Shown piece by piece: positions 29,909-36,031 of a stretch of 36,031 bases of DNA; position 1 is the stretch's first letter; every line of letters starts with the position of its first letter. The notes beneath the pieces are model-generated. The model was not told the DNA's origin, searched no databases, and saw only the letters and a program-made list of their open reading frames with translations. This DNA is from Thermodesulfobacteriota bacterium (lineage in GTDB: Bacteria > Desulfobacterota > Binatia > UBA12015). Both the position numbers and the translations under genes were made by a program. Where the stretch lies: positions 1 through 36,031 of the forward strand of contig JBFMAS010000321.1 in NCBI GenBank assembly GCA_040755575.1. The letters are read 5' to 3'.

Positions 29909-30886
29909 TTGCCGAGGAGTGATTCCGTGCCGAGACGTAGACCTACCGCTAAGACGGCGCAAGGGAGGGCGGCGAGCCCACCCACCGTCTCCGAGCATGA
30001 GCTGCCCTACGTGGCGCTGGCCCATAGCCTCTCGGGCTCGCCCACCGACAACTACCGGCACGCCGTCGTTCGTTCCGCTTTCATGGCGGAGCTCTGCACG
30101 CACCCCCGCGTCATCGACGCATTCAACGGCTGGGGAGTGGAGACCGGGATCTTCGCCGCGCTCGAGGCCCTCCTCGCTGCAGGCGACGCGGTGGCTAGCA
30201 GGTTGAACCTGCCGAACCGAGCCGCGCTCAACACGCCGGCTGCCGGCGATGCGATCGCCGCTCTCGACTCACGAGCTCGCCGGCGACTCGAACGCCTTGC
30301 GGTCAAGTACGAGAAGGCTTCCGAGCAACTTGGCCGACGAGTGAAGAACGGCATCCGCCGCCTCGGCCCGGCCGCGGAAGCGCTTGTGCGCGACTTGCTG
30401 CGCCCGGGATGGCCCTGGGTGTCGTGGGATCTTACGGAGACGTTCGCCAACTGCATCGAGGGTTGCGCCGTTGGTGCCTCGGAGGGCGTCCGCACTGTTT
30501 GGGTTGCCGATCCCGCACCCAAGGTATCGATGACGTTCGCCACGCACGAGAACGAGGACCGCGCAACGGCGATACAGCGCTTGACGGCTGAGTACCTCGC
30601 GGCCTTCATCAAGCTGGCGCAGCAGCCCAGTCACGGCGCGAAGAAGGGGCGCCTACCGCGAGCTAAGGGTCACGCAACGCTCACCAGGGACGCGCGCTGG
30701 TACTACCGCCATCACGTCCTCGGAGTCCCAACCGACGAGCTCGCCCGAGAATACTGCGCAACTGCGGGCGGGTATCACCAAGGCCGCGATCACACGTGGC
30801 GGAACGACCGCCGAACCGTCTCCGACGGCATCAATAACGCAGTGCAGCTGCTCGGCGAGATCCCGCAGTACGCGTGGCGGGATTAG
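29909..30886 (+). CDS. Hypothetical protein with C-terminal HTH-like segment (putative element regulator)
   Basis: 325-aa ORF directly before alpA; C-terminal RDARWYYRHHVLGVPTDELAREY...RRTVSDGINNAVQLL; start uncertain. Confidence 0.6.
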   Translation: MPRSDSVPRRRPTAKTAQGRAASPPTVSEHELPYVALAHSLSGSPTDNYRHAVVRSAFMAELCTHPRVIDAFNGWGVETGIFAALEALLAAGDAVASRLNLPNRAALNTPAAGDAIAALDSRARRRLERLAVKYEKASEQLGRRVKNGIRRLGPAAEALVRDLLRPGWPWVSWDLTETFANCIEGCAVGASEGVRTVWVADPAPKVSMTFATHENEDRATAIQRLTAEYLAAFIKLAQQPSHGAKKGRLPRAKGHATLTRDARWYYRHHVLGVPTDELAREYCATAGGYHQGRDHTWRNDRRTVSDGINNAVQLLGEIPQYAWRD

Positions 30887-30916
30887 TGTTGCTCGCGTCA
30901 GGCTGGCTAATCCCGC
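30860..30916. promoter_or_regulatory. Triple ATCCCGC motif including a perfect 10-bp inverted repeat upstream of alpA
   Basis: ATCCCGC 30860-30866; GCGGGATTAG 30877-30886; CTAATCCCGC 30907-30916. Confidence 0.55.
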
Positions 30917-31001
30917 GTCGCCCGAGAGCGACCAACCGCGTACGCCCCCGACAGCGCATAGGCGCGCATGACGGAGCGCCCGAGCGCGGATGGAGGCGAC
31001 G

Positions 31002-31235
31002 ATGGGAGAGTGGATGCGGACGGCGGCAGCGGCACAGTATCTTGGCTTGACCGCGGCATCGCTCAAGACCTTGCGGGCGCGAGGCCGAGGCCCGCGCTTC
31101 CGGAAGCACGGGAAGATCGTGCTCTATGCCCGGCGCGACTGCGACGAGTGGGCAGGACGGCAGTCGGCCATCCGAGAGACGGCGGACAGCAGCGCCGAGG
31201 CTTCTGCACGACGCCGGCGCAGCAAGGCAGCGTGA
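31002..31235 (+). CDS. AlpA/excisionase-like HTH DNA-binding protein
   Basis: WMRTAAAAQYLGLTAASLKTLRARGRGPRFRKHGKIVLYARRDCDEW is a typical HTH_17/AlpA pattern; GGAGG SD. Confidence 0.9.
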   Translation: MGEWMRTAAAAQYLGLTAASLKTLRARGRGPRFRKHGKIVLYARRDCDEWAGRQSAIRETADSSAEASARRRRSKAA

Positions 31236-32839
31236 TCCGCCATGACCGCGCGGGGTGGTGGTGGAGTTGGGACGTGAGCGCGCATAGTAGCGCGGCCGAC
31301 CGAGGTGGGAGCCCCCGAGCCGGCCGCCAAGATGTCCCTGAGGGTGGACATGCCGAGCATCGCGCAGGAGCACACGACGCGCAAGAGGCTCCGATCGCCG
31401 ATATCCTCGCCCACTACGAGCGCCTGTCGGCGCGCGATCAGTACATCGTACGCCCCTCGGTCGCCGAGCGACTGCGCGCGCTCGGCGTCGAGGACGCCGA
31501 CGAGCTGCTGCCCGACCCGCTGGGCGGGCCGTCAACCACATCGCGCGACGATGTGCCGCCGCTGGGCGCAGAGGCCGACCCGGTCGGCGGCGACGCGCGT
31601 GGCAAGCGCGCGTGGCCATCGCCGCCAGCGCCGGAGGCATACCACGGGCTCGCTGGCGATATCGTGCGCGCGATCGAGCCCGACACCGAGGCCGATTCGG
31701 TTGCGCTCCTCGCGCACGTGCTCGCCGGCTACGGCTCGATGATCAACCGGCAGGCGCACTACCGCGTGGAGGACACCGAGCACCGCGCCAATGAGTACTA
31801 TGTGCTTGTCGGCGCGACCGCGAAGGGGCGCAAGGGAACAGCCGAGCGGCGTATTCGCCGTCTGCTCCGCAGCGTGGATGAGGCATGGGACAACGAGCGG
31901 GTCGTCTCGGGTCTGTCGTCCGGCGAGGGACTGCTGTGGGCGGTGCGAGACGCGATCTATCGGCCAGATCGCAACCGCAAGACGGGCATGGTCGAGCAGG
32001 TGCTCGTCGATCCCGGCATCGCGGACAAGCGGTTGTTGGTGATCGAGCCCGAGATCGCGAGCGCGCTGCGCGCGATGCAAAGGCAAGGCAACACACTGTC
32101 GCCCATCCTGCGCCGCGCGTGGGACGGAGAGCAGGTTCTCGCGGCGTTGACGAAGAATTCGCCAGCTCGCGCCACCGGCGCGCATATCTCCGTGATCGCA
32201 CATGTGACCGAGGGAGAGCTTCGGCGCGAACTCGACGCCGTTGAACAAGCGAACGGCTACGGCAATCGGCACCTGTACCTGTGCGTGCGCCGAGCTCGCG
32301 TGCTGCCCTTCGGCGGCGGCGCGAGCACCGACCTCGCGCCGCTCGTCGAGCGCCTCGAGCGCGCCGTCAAGCACGGGCGCGCGACCGGCAGGGTGGCGAT
32401 GGACGCCGAGGCCGCTGACGCATGGACGCGCGTCTATCCGGTGCTCTCCGGCGAGCGGCCGGGGCTGCTCGGCGCGCTGACAGCCCGCGCGGAGGCGCAC
32501 GTGGTCCGGCTCGCGCTGCTGTATGCACTGCTCGACTGCGCGAGCGAGATCCAGCACGAGCACCTACTCGCCGCGCTCGCCCTGTGGGCCTATGCCGAGG
32601 CGTCGACGCAGTACGTCTTCGGGGACGCGACCGGCGATCCGATCGCCGACGAGATCCTCGAGGCGCTGCGACGCAGCGCGACCGGGCTGACCCGGACCGA
32701 GATCCGCGACCTGTTCGGGCGCCATCATGGCTCCGGCCGGCTCGGCGGCGCTCTCGTGGCCCTGGCTCGGGCCGGGCTCGCCACCGTCAGCACCGAGCAG
32801 ACCGGCGGCCGCCCGGCCGAGCGGTGGCGGGCAGCGTAG
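31232..32839 (+). CDS. DUF3987/YfjI-type replication ATPase (putative helicase) with C-terminal winged helix
   Basis: GTG overlaps the alpA stop; GLAGDIVRAIEPDTEAD, Walker-A-like LVGATAKGRKGT, GLSSGEGL, LLVIEPE, LRRAWDG, ANGYGNR; C-terminal ILEAL...GLTRTEIRDLF...GGRPAERW. Confidence 0.8.
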   Translation: MIRHDRAGWWWSWDVSAHSSAADRGGSPRAGRQDVPEGGHAEHRAGAHDAQEAPIADILAHYERLSARDQYIVRPSVAERLRALGVEDADELLPDPLGGPSTTSRDDVPPLGAEADPVGGDARGKRAWPSPPAPEAYHGLAGDIVRAIEPDTEADSVALLAHVLAGYGSMINRQAHYRVEDTEHRANEYYVLVGATAKGRKGTAERRIRRLLRSVDEAWDNERVVSGLSSGEGLLWAVRDAIYRPDRNRKTGMVEQVLVDPGIADKRLLVIEPEIASALRAMQRQGNTLSPILRRAWDGEQVLAALTKNSPARATGAHISVIAHVTEGELRRELDAVEQANGYGNRHLYLCVRRARVLPFGGGASTDLAPLVERLERAVKHGRATGRVAMDAEAADAWTRVYPVLSGERPGLLGALTARAEAHVVRLALLYALLDCASEIQHEHLLAALALWAYAEASTQYVFGDATGDPIADEILEALRRSATGLTRTEIRDLFGRHHGSGRLGGALVALARAGLATVSTEQTGGRPAERWRAA

Positions 32840-32842
32840 GGG

Positions 32843-32989
32843 GCTTTGGTCGCTTATGGCGCTTTTGTCGCAACACCGCGTCGACTACGTGGCCCTGGCT
32901 CGTGGTGTTGCTGCGCGCCGGCAGGTCGAGAATGAGCCCGCCGAGCGGGGAGCACCGAGTGCGACAAAAGCGACCTATGCGACAAAAGG
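32843..32989. repeat. Two inverted arrays of three 9-bp iterons (consensus GCGACAAAA), putative replication origin
   Basis: Left gctttggtc-gcttatggc-gcttttgtc-gca (32843-32872); right t-gcgacaaaa-gcgacctat-gcgacaaaa-g (32960-32988); arms are 25/29 identical as an inverted repeat with an 87-bp spacer. Confidence 0.75.
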
Positions 32990-33263
32990 TCGGTCGGCGG
33001 CTCCAGCGGGGTCGCTCCGCGTCGAGGTCGACGCCCTCGAGCCGCGCCCAGGGCCCGTCCGCCTGAACGGGTGGACCGTCGTCCTGCACCCCGAGCGCTG
33101 CATCCGGGCCGACCTCGCCTCGCTCGAGCGCGTGGTCGGCGCCCTTGACGAGGCACGCCGGGCCGGCGACCGCCGCGCCGCCGACTACGAGGGCGACGCC
33201 GAGGAACTGCTCGCGCGGCTCGAGGCGTGCGGCGCCAAGGCCCGCATCGTGGAGGACCAGTGA
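32856..33263 (+). CDS. Hypothetical protein overlapping the putative ori
   Basis: Open frame with protein-like C-terminal half (GPVRLNGWTVVLHPERCIRADL...LLARLEACG); start uncertain. Confidence 0.5.
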   Translation: MALLSQHRVDYVALARGVAARRQVENEPAERGAPSATKATYATKGRSAAPAGSLRVEVDALEPRPGPVRLNGWTVVLHPERCIRADLASLERVVGALDEARRAGDRRAADYEGDAEELLARLEACGAKARIVEDQ

Positions 33264-33511
33264 CCGCCCCGCATGCCTGCGTTGACTCCCGCGCCGCGCT
33301 GCCCGTCCGCTTCGGGCCCCGTCGGGTGGCGACGTTGCCGGCGCGAATCCAAGCGATCATCGCGGATTCGGCACCCCTTGGTCGGCACCCTCGGGGGTCA
33401 GACGATGAGGTGATCTCGCGGTGTGAGATTGCGCCCATAGAGATTGCGGGTACGAGCCCATTCGCCGTGCTCGAGGATCGGGCGCCGGCAGCGGCGGGGG
33501 CGCTCACGGCG

Positions 33512-33826
33512 TCAGGCCTCGAGCTCCTCGAACTGGCTGATCTTCACGGCTCCGTCCGGGAACCGCGCCACGATGTCGAGCTCGCCGCCCATGGCGCGGA
33601 TGTAGCTGCGCAGCGTCGACACGTAGAGATCGCTCTGCTTCTCGAGCTTCGAAATCTGCGGCTGCGTCTTGCCGAGCGCGGTGGCGAGCGCCTCTTGGGT
33701 GAGGTGCCGCGCATTGCGCAGCTCTTGGAGCGGCATCTCGGCCATGAGCGCGCGCGCCCGCTCGTTGGCCCGGCGCCGGCTCTCCGGCGACATCTTCGCG
33801 CGCAGCTCGCTGAACTTCTTAGCCAT
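33512..33826 (-). CDS. higA: HigA-type antitoxin, XRE-family HTH
   Basis: LQELRNARHLTQEALATALGKTQPQISKLEKQSDLYVSTLRSYIRAMGGELDIVARFPD. Confidence 0.9.
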   Translation of the reverse strand: MAKKFSELRAKMSPESRRRANERARALMAEMPLQELRNARHLTQEALATALGKTQPQISKLEKQSDLYVSTLRSYIRAMGGELDIVARFPDGAVKISQFEELEA

Positions 33827-33829
33827 GGC

Positions 33830-34183
33830 TCACGTTTCCTTCTCGATCTCTTTGAGGTGCTCGTCGTACAGGTCGTCCGCGATCGGCACGTACTCTTCGT
33901 ACCAGCGGTCGTTGCCCGTCTTGTCTCCACCGATGAGCAGAATTGCCGTGCGTCGGGGATCGAAGGCGTAGAGCACGCGGTAGGGTCGGCCCTGGTGCTG
34001 CACCCGCAGCTCGCGCATGTGGTCGTGACGCGAGCCGTTCACACCCGAGCTGTACGGGAAGCGGAGCGTCGGCCCGTGCTTCTCGAGCAACTGCACGTAG
34101 GCGTCCACGGATTCTTGCTCTTTCTCGGAGAGGTTGTCCCACCAGCCGCCAAACTGGTCGGTGTATTCAACCTCCCATGCCAC
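33830..34183 (-). CDS. higB: HigB/RelE-superfamily toxin (Gp49-like)
   Basis: WEVEYTDQF..W...L...GP.L.FPYS...MRELR...PYRVLYAFDPRRTAILLIGGDK; toxin precedes the antitoxin. Confidence 0.9.
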   Translation of the reverse strand: MAWEVEYTDQFGGWWDNLSEKEQESVDAYVQLLEKHGPTLRFPYSSGVNGSRHDHMRELRVQHQGRPYRVLYAFDPRRTAILLIGGDKTGNDRWYEEYVPIADDLYDEHLKEIEKET

Positions 34184-34184
34184 G

Positions 34185-34219
34185 AGGGTTATATAACTCT
34201 GGTGCTATTATCGAGTCAA
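34185..34219 (-). promoter_or_regulatory. AT-rich TA promoter/operator
   Basis: Minus strand TTGACT...GTTATATAAC-cctc-GTG; perfect palindrome GTTATATAAC (34188-34197); no SD before the GTG start. Confidence 0.6.
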
Positions 34220-34277
34220 CTGGAGGCAGCGCAGAACCGCCACAGCCCAACGTGCGCGCGGGAACGGGAGGTGAGGT

Positions 34278-34460
34278 GTGGGTGACGAGACGGGACGGCG
34301 CTGCCTGACATGCGGCTGCCTCGAGCGGCTGCACGCCCCGTTGGCGCCGTGGTGCGCGGGGTGCGGTGCACCGTGCCCGCCGGGCGAGCCGGCGTCGCCT
34401 GAGGGAGGCCGGGCGCGCGTGGAGGCAGCGCTCGCGCGCTACGCGGAGCGCCGCCGATGA
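34278..34460 (+). CDS. Small Cys-rich (CxxC...CxxC) zinc-finger-like protein
   Basis: CLTCGC...H...CAGC...C; GGAGGTGAGG SD; ATGA overlap with the next gene. Confidence 0.55.
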   Translation: MGDETGRRCLTCGCLERLHAPLAPWCAGCGAPCPPGEPASPEGGRARVEAALARYAERRR

Positions 34461-34735
34461 ACTGTGGTGCGAAGGGTCGCCGGAACGAGTGGCGCTCTCG
34501 ACGGCTACTCGAGGCGGCCGGCTACAGCGTCACGCGCGCCGCAGGCTCGCTTGGCTGTTGGGATCTCATCGGGGTCTCGGCGACGGACTTCATCTTGGTC
34601 CAGGTGAAGAGCAACCGGCCGCCGTCGCCGGCAGAGCGCGAGGCCCTCGCCGACTTCGCCGTGCCGTCCAACTGCAAGCGGCTGATTCACGTCTGGCGCG
34701 ACAGGGAACGGCTACCGCGCGTTACGGAGCTCTGA
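34457..34735 (+). CDS. Archaeal Hjc-like Holliday junction resolvase (PD-(D/E)xK)
   Basis: KG...E....LLE..GY.V.RAAGS....DLIG......LVQVKS follows the Hjc motif order, with Q in place of E in ExK. Confidence 0.75.
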   Translation: MNCGAKGRRNEWRSRRLLEAAGYSVTRAAGSLGCWDLIGVSATDFILVQVKSNRPPSPAEREALADFAVPSNCKRLIHVWRDRERLPRVTEL

Positions 34736-34799
34736 GCGGATGATCGTCGAACTTCTGACCCGGGGGCTCGTCGGCGTCCGCAACGAAAGGGAGAATACC

Positions 34800-34961
34800 G
34801 TGCAAAGATTCGAGCAGATCGAGTCACAGCGCGCGCAGGCGCGCGAGCGGGAACAGGTCGCTATCCGCGCTGCGATCGAGGCCGAGGCGGAGGCGCAGAA
34901 GCGCAACGAGAGCGCGCTGAGAAGCCTCGTCGACACGTATCGACTACGGCCGCCGGCGTGA
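34800..34961 (+). CDS. Small coiled-coil hypothetical protein
   Basis: AAGGGAG SD before GTG 34800; E/R/A-rich helix. Confidence 0.55.
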   Translation: MQRFEQIESQRAQAREREQVAIRAAIEAEAEAQKRNESALRSLVDTYRLRPPA

Positions 34962-34988
34962 TATTCTTGACGGGCGGAGGTGAGGTGG

Positions 34989-35339
34989 ATGGCAACCAGC
35001 GACGTTGATGCTGCGCTCCGACCCTTGGTCGCGCAGCTCGTGGCCGAGCGTCAGCGAAAGATCGCGGCTCGGCGAGCGGAAGCCGAGCGAAGGAACAACG
35101 CCATCGCGTCGCAGCTCGCGACGCAGGTGACGGCCAACGCCGAGCGGCTGCTTCGTGCGGCCCTCGCGGGCAAGGCCGAGGCGCGATCCGCGCGTTGCAC
35201 GACGAGGGAGCAGTTTGCCGCCGGCAACCTCTCGATTGCCGACCTCAACGCGACGCCCATCGGCGCTTCGCGCACGGTCACGACGCCATCCGGGCGGCAG
35301 CACGTGTGGACCGTGATCGAGCACGCGGTGACCAGGTGA
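34989..35339 (+). CDS. Hypothetical protein (helical N-terminus, beta-hairpin-like C-terminus)
   Basis: GGAGGTGAGG SD; GTGA coupling to the next gene. Confidence 0.65.
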   Translation: MATSDVDAALRPLVAQLVAERQRKIAARRAEAERRNNAIASQLATQVTANAERLLRAALAGKAEARSARCTTREQFAAGNLSIADLNATPIGASRTVTTPSGRQHVWTVIEHAVTR

Positions 35340-35851
35340 ACACCGAGGACGCTCTCGGGACCGTTCTGCGTGGGAACGTCGAGGCCCTCGTCAGGGCACT
35401 GCTCGAGCTCACCCCACGCGCAGCCCGCCACGAGGCTGCGCACGCCGTCGCGGCGCATCTCGTCGGCGGTCGCGTAATCGCCGTCGCGATCATCCCCCGG
35501 CGCGATGAATCGGGGTGGGTCGACGGCGACTGTCACTGGCGGCCCGGACCGACCACGACGCTTCGCGACCGCGCCGTGGTCGCCCTCGCCGGCGCGGTCG
35601 CATCGAACGGTGGCGGGCATGGCGACGAACGGTTTGCGCGAACTGTCGCCGACGAGCTCGTTGAGCAGTGGCGCGAGGAGGCCCGTGAGCTCGTCGAGCA
35701 GCATCGGCCGATGATCGAGCGCCTCGCCGCCGCGCTCCTCGAGCGACGCGAGCTCGCCGAGGACGAGGTGCGAGCAATCCTGAGCGCGAGCGACGAAGAG
35801 CCGCCCGTGGTTGATGCATCCCGAGTTGATGCAGTGGAGGCGCCCGGGTGA
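35336..35851 (+). CDS. Stand-alone FtsH-type M41-like zinc peptidase domain
   Basis: ARHEAAHAV (HExxH), AIIPR, VALAG, GHGD (candidate third Zn ligand), IERLAAALLERRELAEDEV. Confidence 0.75.
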   Translation: MNTEDALGTVLRGNVEALVRALLELTPRAARHEAAHAVAAHLVGGRVIAVAIIPRRDESGWVDGDCHWRPGPTTTLRDRAVVALAGAVASNGGGHGDERFARTVADELVEQWREEARELVEQHRPMIERLAAALLERRELAEDEVRAILSASDEEPPVVDASRVDAVEAPG

Positions 35852-36031
35852 GCACGACGGCGAGCGACCGACTCCGCGGTGCCGAGCTCCGGCGCCAATG
35901 CGTGGAGCTCCGCCGATCGGGGCTGACGTACGAGGAGATCGGCAAGCAGGTCGGCATCACGCCCCAAGGTGCGCACAAGCACGTCAAGCGCGCGCTCGAG
36001 GCTCTCGCCTCCAAGACTGCGGAGGACGCGA
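35848..36031 (+). CDS. HTH protein, terminase-small-subunit-like (partial, runs off the window)
   Basis: GTG coupled to the previous stop; own translation ELRRQCVELRRSGLTYEEIGKQVGITPQGAHKHVKRALEAL; absent from the ORF track because it has no stop in the window. Confidence 0.6.
   Translation, partial: MSTTASDRLRGAELRRQCVELRRSGLTYEEIGKQVGITPQGAHKHVKRALEALASKTAEDA

Larger units (their letters stand above)
27734..36031. mobile_element. Integrated tRNA-Lys-targeting element, PICI/P4-like phage satellite or defective prophage (continues beyond the window)
   Basis: att fragment, tyrosine integrase, AlpA/Xis, DUF3987 rep, iterons, TA pair, Hjc-like resolvase and HTH/TerS-like gene; nearly all genes co-oriented on + with GTGA/ATGA couplings. 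Confidence 0.85.

Noticed and set aside
30968-31231. Longer N-terminus for the DUF3987 ORF
   Set aside because: It fully overlaps the convincing alpA gene in another frame; the coupled GTG at 31232 is more plausible
33227-34285. 352-aa plus-strand ORF
   Set aside because: Mostly the antisense shadow of higBA; only the first ~250 bp might be a gene remnant

Overview
GC-rich bacterial chromosomal DNA in two parts. The Cys-rich TSP3 and Ig-like secreted proteins and the STAND regulator suggest a Deltaproteobacteria/Ca. Binatia-like host, but this is inference only. (1) 1-27.7 kb is accessory or housekeeping chromosome: large modular secreted proteins (VHL-beta plus tandem Ig-like repeats; DNRLRE-like; TSP3/Cys-rich), a coupled WS/DGAT-GT4-GH130 operon, a hemolysin-III protein, an RRM RNA-binding protein with a long structured leader, a HesB-like protein, a STAND AAA regulator, a kinase/class-III aminotransferase/metallophosphoesterase cluster, a GH97 lipoprotein, a GT-C membrane glycosyltransferase and an alpha/beta hydrolase. 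(2) From 27734 to the window end is an integrated mobile element bounded by a 44-bp 3' fragment of tRNA-Lys(CTT), read as an att site. It carries a P4-like tyrosine integrase, two small probable paralogs, an HTH-tailed hypothetical protein, AlpA/Xis, a DUF3987/YfjI-type replication ATPase with no visible primase followed by inverted arrays of 9-bp iterons (putative ori), a HigBA-type toxin-antitoxin pair, a Zn-finger protein, an archaeal-Hjc-like resolvase, a stand-alone FtsH M41-like peptidase and a truncated HTH/TerS-like gene. This gene order resembles a PICI-like phage satellite and is the most novel part of the window. Starts were adjusted by eye from the ORF track using RBS and gene overlaps; no database searches were run.
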